Part shown: positions 32,299 to 44,880 of the stretch, one piece after another
How the letters are laid out: each line of letters starts with the position of its first letter
Numbering within the stretch: position 1 is the first letter of the stretch
NCBI RefSeq assembly: GCF_009914755.1
Contig: NC_060934.1
DNA: 64,000 nt
Reading direction: 5' to 3' (one strand)
Origin: the human T2T-CHM13v2.0 reference genome, Homo sapiens
Notes under the pieces: model-generated
Told to the model about the DNA's origin: nothing
The model's database searches: none
The model's input: only the letters and a program-made list of their open reading frames with translations
Translations under genes and position numbers: made by a program

Positions 32299-33169
32299 AA
32301 CCTTTTGCATATTAACCTTGTAACCTGTGGCCTTGCTAATCTCACTTAATTTTTCCGGCTTTTGTTTGTTTCCTTGGGCTTTCTACGCAGGCAATCATGT
32401 CTTCTGTAATAAAAGAGAATTTTATTTTTTCCTTCCCAATATGTATATTTTTCTTTCTTTTTGTTGTCTTATTATTCTAGTTAGCACTTCCAGCGCAATT
32501 TAAATAAGAATGGTGGGAGGAAACATCCTGTCTTGTTCCCACTTGTAGGGGGAAAGCATCCAATTTCTCACCACTAAGTATGATGTTAGCTGTAGGACTT
32601 TGGTAGATCATCTTCTCTTTTTAAATTTTGTTTTCCAAATTTATTTGATCATGAGACCCTTTGTTTAAAGTACATTTATTCATACTTTAATGAATAATAG
32701 TGTTCCATAAAACAGGAAAAACTTTATTATAGTAATACTTGTTCAGGAGTAACAGATCAAATATGTCCTCAAAGAAAAATGATATTAATCCTAGGGAAAC
32801 ATGAGGAAAAACACTGGAATGATGTGACCACCTGGTTGCCAAAACAATTTGAGCTGGTACATAAATATCAGGTGTTTAATACCCATGGTTTCTAACCTTT
32901 ATGTTCACTTCGTTCATTCATTCATAAAATTTTTTGTTGTTGTTGTCAGGATTAATGTGAGCTACAGGGTTACAAAGATAATAAGGCATAATTATTGCGG
33001 TGGAGGAATGCACAGTCTAGTGGAGAAATGGAAATTGATTAGTACCTAAGCAGTCGACTCCCTTGTATGAAAAAATATAAGCACCTGAAAATGTCTTCCC
33101 AGGGAGGACTTTTCAGGATAAGCATCTCTATGAGTCTAATGCAAGAATCACTTAGCTTTTACTGGGGCT

Positions 33170-34490
33170 TTTTTTGGTCAAAAAAATTTTAGACATAGAA
33201 AAAACATTTTTAAAAAATAAATCACCCATCATCTACCACTTAAGAAATAAAAGATGATGAACGTTTTTGAAGCCCATGTGTACACCCTACAAATGTATTC
33301 AAATTCCTCTCCCTCACTGCAGGTAACTATTATTTGAGTTAGGTATTAATCTTTTCCATGAATGTCTCTATACTATACTACATGACCATGTATTCCTAAA
33401 TAATATATAGTATTTTGGCACAATTTTTAGATTGTATATAAATGATACCATAATGGATAAAGCCTTCTACAACTTGTTTTCTTCACTCTATATTTGCAAC
33501 ATCCATATTGAAAATAGTTCTAACTTATTGTCCCCACTGAATAAAGTTCTGCTGTATTAATATAGCACAATAAATGAAAATAAATCCATTCTCCCCTGGA
33601 TGACATTTAGGCTGTTTCCACTTCACTGATATTTCAAAAAACACGTCATGAACATTATTACACATGCCTCCTGGGCATATGTGCCAGCGTTTCACTCAGG
33701 TATATGCCTAGAAGCAGAACTGCTGCCTGGAAGGGGACATGTAAATTTATCTTTACTAATTTTTGTCAAATTGCTCTCCAGAGTGGTTGCTTGGTTTTTA
33801 TTTCTATTAGCATTGGACAAGTTCTCATTTCTTCATGTTTTTGCCAACACTTTGCCAACTCAATAGCTGCAAAGTGCTACATGTTGTGGTCCTTGTTATT
33901 AGAGAAGTTGAGCATATTTTCATGTATGTGTAAGCCACGTAGTTTTCCTCTTCTGTGAACGTCCAGTTCATAATCATTGCCAGTTTCTCCTTTGGGGTTA
34001 TTTATCCAACTATCCTAGATGCTAATTAATACTTTGATAAATAGACTGCAGATACGTTTCCCAGTCTATACTTAACTTTTTGCTTTGCTTATTTGTATGT
34101 TTTGATACAGATAAGCATTTAATATTATTTCATCAAATGCATTACTCTTTTCCTCTGTGGTTTATTCTTGTCTTGGTTAAAAAATCCTTTTTGGCACATA
34201 GTTCATAAAGATGTAAAATAATTACTATTTAAATATAACCTTATATTTAAATATAATCTCATATTTAAAGCTGTTAAATGATGTTTTCAAATTTAGGTTT
34301 TATTTCACCTGAAATGGATTTTTTTGGGTATGGCTTATTTTGAGCTATAATTATATTTTATTCTAGGGACTAACTTATTTTCTCCAGGCACTTTATTAAG
34401 ATGCCTATTTTATCCTAACTGATTTTCCAAAAAGAACTATGTCATATTGTCATATATCAATTTTTCATGTATGTGTATATTTATTTTGGC
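33170..34490 (-). mobile_element. L1ME3/4-like 3' region
   Basis: aggtaactattatttgag...ggatgacatttaggctgtttccac...tatatgcctagaagcagaactgctg. Confidence 0.7.
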
Positions 34491-34768
34491 TTTAAAAGAT
34501 GCAAAAAAATTATTTATTAAGTGACAATTTTATAGCTGTCCTTTTGTGGCTTTGCAATTTTTAAAAATCCAAATAACATTATCATTCTCCTTTTATTCTT
34601 ATCAAGAAAAATATGAACAAATGGGTGAGTGCCAACATGAATTGCCCCAGAAATTCCCCAAGGCCAGGAAACTTACTTTACTTCTTTACTAATCTCTATA
34701 TTTTTGTAAGGAAATGTTCTATGTTTCAAGAATTTCTTCACATACCCAGACAGAAAATATCAGTATGC

Positions 34769-35165
34769 GTGTATCAGTCTCAGTTCACTCAGGGAAACAG
34801 AGTCACTGTGACACAGAATAAGGGGGTTAGTATAGTGATTATGACTTACCCAGATTTGAGTGTTGCTAAGGGAGTGAAGGTCTTAGAAGGAACTGAAGCT
34901 CTGGCACAGGTGAAAAGCCAGAGCTTATGGAAAAGCATATGAAATTCCATGCATTTGGCTACCAAAGTGAGAATGCAGTGTGTGGGGTTATAAAGAGGTC
35001 AGCAAAGCTGCCATGTCTGTCAAAGCCACTGAGTCTGACCTCGACCCCATCTGACTGCCATGACCTACTGAGAATAATGATGCCTGCTTTACTTCTGCCT
35101 CCCAAATCTCATATCTCTCTCTCCAATTGAAGGAGATATGGGGAAGCATAGTCTCTAGCATCAAA
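34769..35165. mobile_element. Ancient ERVL/MLT2-like LTR (uncertain)
   Basis: tgtatcagtctcagttcactcagggaaacagag start. Confidence 0.35.
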
Positions 35166-35653
35166 CAAGAAGAGTGCTTGGTGCTGGTGACAATCCAGAA
35201 AAATGGGCACAAGTCACCTTTGCAGAGTGGTCATTAGTATAAAACATTTCATTCTTCTACAAATACAACCAACTCAACATATATTTTTTGCCAGAAAGTT
35301 TACCACAAATAAGACCTTTTGATTTACCTTATTTCACAAAATGTGCTCAGTCTCAAGATATCATTAACAATACCAATAAAGAATGTAAAGTATACAGAAA
35401 TAACCCCAATAATAAATGCATAAAACGTTTCAGAGAAAATGTTCTAACTATATTAAAGGACATAAAAGAAAATTTGAATAAATTGGGCATTATGCCATGT
35501 TTATGCATGGGATAGTTAATATGGGATAGAGGTCAATTCTCTCCCAAATTAATCTGTCAGTTCAACACAATAGTAATAGAAAGTACAGCTGGAGGCATTT
35601 AAAAACTCATTCTAAAGTTTATATAGAAGAAAAGCCAAAGTATAGCTAAGTCA

Positions 35654-35995
<342 letters not shown>

Positions 35996-36830
35996 CTAAC
36001 CCTACTAGAAATTAACATATATTACTAAACTATAGCAATTCTAAAAAGAGATATGATACCAATACAGAAACAGAAAATGGATTTAGACTAATAGGTTAAT
36101 AAAATGCAATAGAAGAAATAGAAATAATCCCTGCACATATGAAAACTTTGATATATGATAAAGATAGTCCCACAAAGCAATGATGAAGGAATGGATTGTT
36201 CAGTCGACAATGTTATGAAAAAGTAGATATGAAGAAAAATAGAGCTGGACTTTTACATTTTAACAGCACACCAAGTGAGAAATAAATGAATTAAAAACCA
36301 AACGTAAATATCAAACCACCAAAAAACAGAAGAACATGTAAAATAACATATTTTTGATCAAATTTGTAGGTAAACATTCTAAAATAATTATTCAAAAGGC
36401 TATAAGTTTTAAAAATGGATTTGACTACATTAAAACCAAAGATTTCCTAAAGTACATAATAAAATAATGGGTAGATTGGAAGACTTGGAGAAGATATTCG
36501 CAACCTTTAAAACTAATAAGAAAATAATATTTAATTATAAAAATAGATCTCTTGACAATAAAGAAAAAGTAAACACAATAGAAAACTATAAGAAGCTCAC
36601 CTGACTAACAAGGCCAGAAAAAGATGCTCAAAACACAATTAGTAGAAAAAATGCTAGTTAAGTCAACAATGAAAAAATCAATGTGTATTTATTGGAATGG
36701 CAAAAATCAGGAAGATGTGTAATATCTAATGTTGGGAAGCCATGGACTTGAACACTGGTGCACTGCAAATGGGAACAATAATTAACTGATCCTGCTGGGC
36801 CAGAAAGAAGTATGCCAGTGTTCAGAAAAA

Positions 36831-36916
36831 TTAAGTATATGTATGACTTATACTTAAGTATAAGTATACTTAAGTATAAGTATAAGTATGACTTATACTT
36901 AAGTATATGTATAAGT
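36831..36916. repeat. Nested palindromic/direct micro-repeat insertion
   Basis: Perfect 20-bp palindrome acttatacttaagtataagt (36846-36865); 22-bp direct repeat at 36841-36862 and 36886-36907. Confidence 0.9.
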
Positions 36917-37433
36917 GGGACTCGGTGATCCCACTGCTGAATATCCATCTCCCAGGAAAGTTCTCTCAGAGATTCATAAGGGCATACACTCAAGCATGTT
37001 CATTGTGACATTGTTTATGGTGATGGAAATAAAGGGTATGTTCAATATTTATTTTTAGGGTGAAAGATTTGTAAAATGGAATTGTATGCCATGGAGTACT
37101 ATGCAGCTCTAACAAGCAACAAAGTAGATGCATATACAATAATGTTGACAGATCTTAAAAACATTGTAAGAAGTGAGCAGAGTGTGATTTATAGTGCAAA
37201 ATTATGTAAATTAAGAAAAAATCAATACCATATATTTTACAAGAATATATATTTAAGAATACATAAATATAAATACATATATGTAAGAATATAAAGCAAA
37301 CACATTAGATAGAAAAAATAAAAAGTCATAAAACTTTGCATGAATCCATTATGATAATGTGATATGTACTGAAGACTATTATGAGTTCCATTATCTGCCC
37401 CAATATCAATAGTTAAAAAAAAAGAAAAAAAAA

Positions 37434-37717
37434 TTTTTTTTTTTTGAGACAGAGTTTCACACTGTCACCCAGGCTGGAGTGCAATGGGCAATCTCAGCTC
37501 ACTGCAACCTCTGCCTCCTGGGTTCAAGCGATTTTCCTGCCTCAGCCTCCCCACTAGCTGGGATTACAGGCACCTGCCACCACACCAAGCTAATTTCTGT
37601 ATTTTTAGTAGAGATGGGGTTTTGCCATGTTGGTCAGGCTGGTCTTGAACTCCTGACTTCAGGTGATCCACCCAATTTGGGTGCTGGGATTACAGGTGTG
37701 AGCCCCTGTGCCCAGCC
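37434..37717 (-). mobile_element. AluSx-like element with a small left-arm deletion
   Basis: Dimeric Alu missing cctcccaaa; flanked on both sides by A-run plus ttt (TSD). Confidence 0.93.
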
Positions 37718-38929
37718 AAAAAAAAAAAAAAAATTTAAAGTGCGTACATATACCTTAATCCTGTGGGTTCTCTGGGACATACTACACAATGACAAATACC
37801 TTCTGGTGCAAGGTTAGAGACCAGAACACATGATTGGATCTAATCTAATAATATTTCTCTCATGTTGGATTTGATTTATTATTTACAACAGACCAAGATT
37901 TTAGAGAATTAATTTCCCCATATTCAAGTTTATAGGCTGCTTTAATCCAGTTATAGTTCTTTGTAGCATAACAGAGGCAAAGATGGATTTGCTAATCCAG
38001 CATAATTGAACAGTACTGCTTAGCAGAGTTCAATAAAGGCTGTCTCCTGTGAGATACACAACACTATTCATCCCCCTATGGATGAGATTATCTAATAAAA
38101 CATAATTGATATGTGCCTACTTTTATTCTGATGTTTGGTCATATCCTGACAATATTTTTCTTCTTTCCTGGTCTATTGTATCCAGTGACTGACTGCTGAA
38201 GGTCTGAATGATGAAATTAGTCATTGGTGCCATCTTAAAGAAACTCATCACTGACTTCTCCCTATCAGTCCTTCTTACTCACTTCTAGTAGGGAAAACCC
38301 AGGCAGAAAAAAAAATGGCAGAGACTGGTTGTACAACTGACTTACAAAGTTAAATTTTCTTTAATGTTTTTGTGTTCAATGAAGACAGTCTCTTCAAAAA
38401 CTAATTGCCACTAAAACTTAAAGAAAATAATATTGGCTCAGCCAAAAGAAAAAAAAATAGTCATGAAAGTTCCATTCTATCACTCACCAGTCAGAAGACA
38501 ACTGGAAGAACTTCTCTCAGTTCTTGAAGTCCATTTTTTAAAACAATTTATGCAAAGTGCTATCTATACAAACAAAAATGAACATGATGGTATTGAGAAT
38601 GGAAACCAAATCAGAGCTAAGGCATTGGTACCGGGGAAGAAGACTTCTAATATTTAGGAGTGAACAGTTTTAAAATGCAGGTGTTTGGGTTCTGCCCCTA
38701 CCAGGGTCTCCAAAGGTCTGTCCCATTTACAAATCTCACATGTTCTCTAATAAAAATGGGTTTGTTTCAGTCTTCATGGTAGATTGCAAGGAAGATTTAG
38801 TTATCAGATTAGATGCTGTACTGACACCTTATGGACCCCTGCAGCTTTGACTTTCAGGGCATCTGGGGAAATGTTTTTAATGGGTAAAGGGAAATGAAGA
38901 TATTCTCTTCAGTGAAAGGCATACGCACT

Positions 38930-39440
38930 GAGTTTTCAAATTACCGCTTTCTTGTGGTTCCAGGTGGAATTAAATAAAAAGGAGTTTTCACCATCATTCT
39001 GGATCATTTTATTGCTAGCTTGACTCTATTGGACACATATTACTAAGACTTTAATATCTGCAAAAACCCAAGAACACAATATCAGAATGAGTCACTATTT
39101 GTTTATGGCAGAGGCTGCTGCTGAAAGCCCCAATCAGAAGTGGTATTTTCAAAGCGGGGGCTGTGGTTGAAAAATGTTCAGAGTGTCTATCTGAAATTGT
39201 TTGATTCCCCTGCCCCCCTTTTTTTTAAATGAGCTGAGAGACTGTCTACAGCACCTTGAGATTGAAGCTTAAGTACTGCAATCACTCCAAGTGAGTGATC
39301 CATGCTTTTGTATCAAAAACATGAATACAACTATATGCCTGATGAAAAGATCATGCCATTTTCCAACTGGTTTATTCATACTGAATACATATGAGATGGA
39401 AAACAAGATTTATGTTAGTGACAAAACCACAGAGAGACAA
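38930..39440. promoter_or_regulatory. Candidate enhancer (motif cluster in unique DNA)
   Basis: AP-1 TGAGTCA 39088-39094; FOX TGTTTAT 39100-39106; RUNX TGTGGTT 38953 and 39162, AACCACA 39425; CCAATCAG 39130. Motifs only. Confidence 0.3.
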
Positions 39441-39990
39441 GAGAAGTGCTATTTCTGGATACCTCTCAAGAAGAGGTTGCTCTGAAACGCAAAGTCTCTT
39501 TGCACAGCCATTACCAAAGACAGAAGCTCTGAGGGCATTTTTCAAACCAGGAGGGAGAGCAAGGGTCCCAGGCACTGTTAACCTGAAGCCCAGTGGAACT
39601 TATGGGTCTAGCTTGCAGGGTCCTTTCATCTATGCCAAACCATTTGCAGGGCTCGCTTTTAATCTGGCACCCCTCTAAATGTATTTAATTAATTGTCAAG
39701 GTTGAAAGTATCCAATATGTCAGTTTTTATGAGCAGTCAACCAAGGAAGCAGCTCTTGGTTTCTTTATATGTGCCAGGCAGCAACTCAGCAACGGTGGTC
39801 TCCATCATTTTGCTAATAGAACACTTCTATTTCTAAAATAATAAATAAGTATCTAAAACATAGAAACCAGTAGGCCTTTACTTATGCATTCATCTGTGGG
39901 AAGAAGTAAGGCAGCAGGAACAGAGAATTCCCCATTCAGGTACTGCCCAAGCCAGAAAATGTTTCTGTTTTTCTTGGTTGTGTAATGGAA

Positions 39991-40560
39991 CAGTGGTTCT
40001 CTTTAGAAGTAGTATTACCCTCTAGGGAACATTTTAGAAATCTGTAGGGGAGATTTTCTTTTTAATTGTCACCATGATTAAGAAACCCTAAAAGTGTTTA
40101 TAAGTCTGGATCTGCAATGAGTTGGAGAGTCTCACACATTGAAGAATTACAGCCTGCTCAAATTTTTAATGTTTCATAGGGATTTCTTATGGTTGTGAAA
40201 AGCTTAATAATAACCCAAGCCAAGAAACATATTGCATTATATGCATAAAAACAAAGTATATTTTATATCGTTTTAATATATATTGAAATTTTTTGGAATT
40301 CAACTACCACGAAAATAAAAGGAAGAGAGTTCTTTAAATGGTTTTGTTCAGAGCCTTGCAGTAATTCTGTTTCAGAAAATCATGACAAGGACAGCAACTC
40401 TCTTCCTGGTATCATTCTGAATGACACCTGTCATATCCAAAATGGCTCTATCTTTAATTATACACATCTGACTACTTCATTTATGCATTGTAATACATGT
40501 TTGATGTTAAATTATTTTATGTCTCCTTAGGTTACAGTTTGGGCATCACGTTGTTTGGGG
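39991..40560 (+). mobile_element. MER20B-like hAT-Charlie DNA transposon remnant
   Basis: Starts cagtggttctc; ccctctagggaacattttagaaatctgt...ttgtcaccatgatt. Confidence 0.6.
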
Positions 40561-40689
40561 ATAGAATTATTTTGTCAGGTGAATGTATTGCAAATATTTT
40601 CTCCAAATTTTGGGCTTATCTTTTTCTTTTAAAAAAAATTTTTCTATGCTATCTAATTTTAAGCATGTGCATGTAGTATTGTTTCCTTT

Positions 40690-43045
40690 CTTTTATTTAT
40701 TTACTTATTTTATTTCAACAGGTTTTTGGGGTACAAGTGGTGTTTGGTTACATAAGTTCTTTAGTGGTGATTTCTGAAATTTTGGTGCACCCATCATCCA
40801 AGTAGTGTACACTGTACCCAGTGTGTAGTCTTTTATCCCTCACCCTTCTTCTACCCTTTTCCCAAGTCCCCAAAGTTCACTGTATCATGCTTATGCCTTT
40901 GCATCCTCATATCTTAGCTCCCACTTATGAGTGAGAATATACAATGTTCGGTTTTCCATTCCTGAGTTACTTCACTTAGAATAATAGTCTCCAACTCCAT
41001 CCAGGTTGCTGCAAATGCCATTATTTCATTCCTTTTTTATGGCTGAGTGGTATTCCATGGTGTATATTTATATATATTAATCACATTTTCTTTATCCACT
41101 TGCTGTTATGGGCATTTAGGCTGGTTCTATGTTTTTGCAACTGTGAATTGTGCTGCTATAAACATGCACATGCAGTGTCTTAAGCGTCTTATGTCATAGA
41201 ATGACCTCTTTTCCTTCGGGTAGATATCCAGTAGTGGGATTACTGGATCAAATGGTAGTTCCACTTTTAGTTCTTTAAGGAATCTCCACACTGTTTTCTG
41301 TAGCGGTTATAGTAGTTTACATTCCCACCAGCAGTGTAAAAGTGTTCCCTTTTCACCAAATCCACGTCAACATCTATTGTTTTTTAATTATTTATTTATT
41401 TATTTATTTATTTTATTATGGCCATTCTTGCAAGAGTCAGGTGGCATCACATTATAGTTTTGATGTGCATTTTTCTGATCATTAGTGATGTTGAGCATTT
41501 TCTAATATATTTGTTGGCCACTTGTATATCTTCTTTTGAGAATTGTCTATTCATGTCCTTAGCCCACTTTTACAGGGGATTGTTTGTTTTTTCCTTGCTG
41601 ATTTGTTTGTAGATTCTGGATTTTGGTCCTGTGTCAGATGTATATATTGTGGAGATTTTCTCCCACTCTGTGGGATGTCTGTTTACTCTGCTGATTGTTT
41701 CTTGTGTTGTGCAAAAGCCTTTTAGTTTAGTTAAGTCCCATCTATTTACCTTTGTTTTCATTGCATTTGCTTTTAGGTTCTTGGTCATGAAGTATTTGCT
41801 TAAGCCATTGTCTAGAAGGGTTTTTCCAATGTTATCTTCTAGAATTTTTATGGTTTTAGGTCTTAGATTTAAGTCTTTGATCCATCTTCAGTTGATTTTT
41901 ATATAAGGTGAGAGATGAAGATCCAGCTTCGTTCTTCTATATGTGGCTTGCCAATTATCCCAGCACCGTTTGTTAAATAGGGTGTCCTTTCCCCACTTTA
42001 TGTTTTTGTTTATGTTTTGTTTGTTTTGTCAAAGATCAGTTGGCTGTATTTGGCTTTATTTCCGGATTCTCTATTCTGTTTCATTGGTCTATGTGCCTAT
42101 GATGGGGACAGGGTTAGGCATGTCTGAACTCAGACTCTCTTTGGTTGGGGCTTGCTGAGGCTGCTGTGGGGGATGGGGTATGGTTCTCAGACCAATGGAG
42201 TTATGTTCCCAGGGGGATTATGACTGCATCTGCTGTCATGCAGGTCTCCAGGGAAGTGGGGAAAAGCCAGCAGTTACAGGCCTCACCCCACTCCCATGCA
42301 GCCCAAAAGGCTAGTCTCATTCCTACTGCCCCACCCAACAGCACTGAGGTCATCTCCAGGCAGCAGGCATGCAGGACTGAGAACTTGGCCCAGGCTACCA
42401 GCGTCCTGGCTGAGAAAGCAGGGCTTTCAAGATTCGTGCCACCCTGTGCCTGCGGCAACTTCTGTGCTGTGCCTGCACTGGCTATTCACCCCCTCCCCCA
42501 GACTCCGTCCAGGAAATTTCACATTCTGTCAAAATTGTTACAAAGTTCGGCTAGAAGTTTTCTTCTCCCTGTGTTTTTTTCCCAGTTCCTCTGTCAGTCC
42601 TCCCAAAGGACCCCTGTAAGACAAAGTCGGAAATAGCTTCCCTGGGGACCAAGAGTGCCCACAGGGCTCTTCCCGCTGCTTCTTCTACCCCTGTATTTTG
42701 CTTGGCTCTTTAAGTTTCTCTCAACTCCAGGTAAGGTCATGTCCTACTCCTGTGATCTAGACTTTTAGGTTCCCCAGTGAGGGTGTGTGTTCCGGGGCAG
42801 ACGACTGCCCTTTCACACTTTCACCCTTTCACCCTTTGGTCACTCACAGTGTTTTGGCTGTCTCCAGCGGCCTGCAGCAGCAATCCGCTTCCTTCAAAGG
42901 GTCTGTGGACCCTCTCAGCTTTCCTGGTATGTTCCTGCAGTGATTCTTGGAGCAAAAGTTCACAGTGTGAGTCTCCACACGCTGCTCTGTCTGTCCAAGT
43001 GGGAGCTGCAAGTTAATCCTGCCTCTTATTGGCCATTTTTTCCTC
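40690..43045 (-). mobile_element. L1PB1/2-like element with both ends: 5'UTR (42101-43045) fused to the last ~1.4 kb (40690-42100)
   Basis: L1PB 3'UTR (gtggtgatttctgaaattttggtgcacccatca); ORF2 peptide KTKVNRWDLTKLKGFCT; GC-rich L1PB 5'UTR ending ggccattttttcc. Confidence 0.85.
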
Positions 43046-43620
43046 TCTTTTTATTTTCTTAACAGTTCCTTTTGATGAGCAGGTGATTTTAATTTTAGTA
43101 GAAAAGCCTAAATTATATTTCTAATATTTAGTACTATTTATGTTCTGTCAAAAATTATGGCTACCCAAAGTTCACAAAGATAGTCTCCTGTTTTCTTCTA
43201 GAATTTTTGTTGTTTCTGCTCCTATGTTTAGGTTTGTAATATATTTCAAATTAATTTTTATATGGCATAAAATAGAGATTGTGAGGGGTTCTGCATATGG
43301 ATGTCCAGTTGTTTCAGCACTATTTATTAAAAATACAAAGCTTTTGCTATTGAATTACCTTGAAACTTATTAAAAATCAATTGATTGCATATGTGTCTCT
43401 ACTTACAGGCTTTCAAAAAATGTTGTTGCTGTTTCTCCTTACACAAATATCATATTGTCTACTATGGCTTTATATTGTCTTAATGTTAGGTGGTAAGATT
43501 CATCTAACTGTATTATTTTTCAAAATTGTTTTTGCTAATCTAAGACCTTTGCATTTCCATATAAGTTTATGAATCATCTTGTCAATTTCTACAGAAAACC
43601 TTGTTGGGAGTTTGATTAGA
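43046..43620 (-). mobile_element. Old L1M host (other piece at ~40575-40630)
   Basis: tgcaaatattttctcc...ggcttatctttttc | tctttttattttcttaacagt...tttgatgagcag is contiguous L1M ORF2 consensus. Confidence 0.7.
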
Positions 43621-43644
43621 CGGCTGAGAAAGACAGCAAATCTA

Positions 43645-43825
43645 CAGGGTGAGTAACATGGCTCTGGACTCAGGGTACCTGGATTCAAATGGCTACTCAA
43701 CTGCTTACTATTTATGTGCCCTTGAACATCTGTAATCAGGATATTAATTACATGCCCCCTCTGTGATCAGAATAATTATAAAACATACCTTCTATGGTTG
43801 TTGAGAGGATTAAATAATTTGCATA
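43645..43825 (+). mobile_element. MIR (tail possibly resumes at ~44880-44955)
   Basis: ggctctggactcagggtacctggattcaaat...tatggttgttgagaggattaaat. Confidence 0.65.
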
Positions 43826-44880
43826 TACAATTGCCTACTGGAAATATCTAATTGGATACATTATAAACATTTCAAATTTGAAATATACAAAATCAAACTC
43901 CTGATTTTTCGCCTTTCCTAAACTGCTCCATCTACTGACTTTCTCATCTCAGTATACTACAATTCCATTTTACCTGTCCTCAAGATAAAAGCCTTATGGT
44001 TTCTTGTGCCAGACACCTTGAAATCAACCTTAACTCGTTGCTGTTTCTCATATCAAATATCCAAAATGTCAGCAAATCCTGTAGTTTCTACCTTTAAAGA
44101 TACGAATCTGGCCGCTTTTTACAACCTCATTGTAACCACCCTGACACGCTAACCTGGATTATTGCAATAATTTCCTAACTGATCTCTGAGCTTCCACCTA
44201 TGTATCCCAAAAATCTATTATCAGCACTGCATTCATTGCATTACTGTGAAGACTTAAGCCAGATCATGACACTTCTCTGTTCAAAACCCTCTTCAAATAG
44301 AAATACCTTCAAAATCTGTTCATAATCTCCTCCCAACCCCCATCATTATCTGACCCCTTCTTCTATGAACTTATTTCCTACCATACTATCCTAATACTCT
44401 TGCTGCTGCAGCCACACTAGTCTCCCCACTACTTCTCAATCATACAGCACAGTTCTTCCTTTGGATCTTCGCAGTTGCTTTTCCCTTTGCCTGGAAGTCT
44501 CTTCCCCGAGATGTTTGCATGGCTTGCTTCCTTACCTCCTTCAGCCTTTGATTCCGATGTCGACTTCTCAATCAGGACTTCCCTAGCCACCACATTGAAA
44601 ATTATTTGTATATATTAACATATGCAATATTTCCTAACTTTCAAATTCTAATTTCTTCAAGTAATTTCCATCACTTTATGTATTATATAACTTAGAAATA
44701 TATTTATTATATGTCCCTCTTCACCCTTATATTAATGGGTACTTGACTTGGGTATAAAGTCCATGAAAAAAAGGGATTTCTTATATGTTGTTCATTCCTA
44801 TGTTCTAAGTGTCAAAACTGTGCCTGGCATGTAGCTGTTGAATAAATATTGAATAAATATGAATGAATACATGAATGAAA
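43826..44880 (+). mobile_element. L2a 3' portion
   Basis: caaactcctgattttt...tttctcatctcagt...; ends gtgcctggcatgtag...aataaatattgaataaatatgaatgaa. Confidence 0.8.

Noticed and set aside
36831-36916. CRISPR-like or operator-like palindromic repeats
   Set aside because: Primate DNA with no unique spacers and no cas genes; better explained by templated insertion.
42145-42636. Longest ORF in the window (163 aa, + strand)
   Set aside because: It lies antisense within the GC-rich L1PB 5'UTR, starts at a non-ATG codon and resembles no protein I know; expected by chance in GC-rich sequence.
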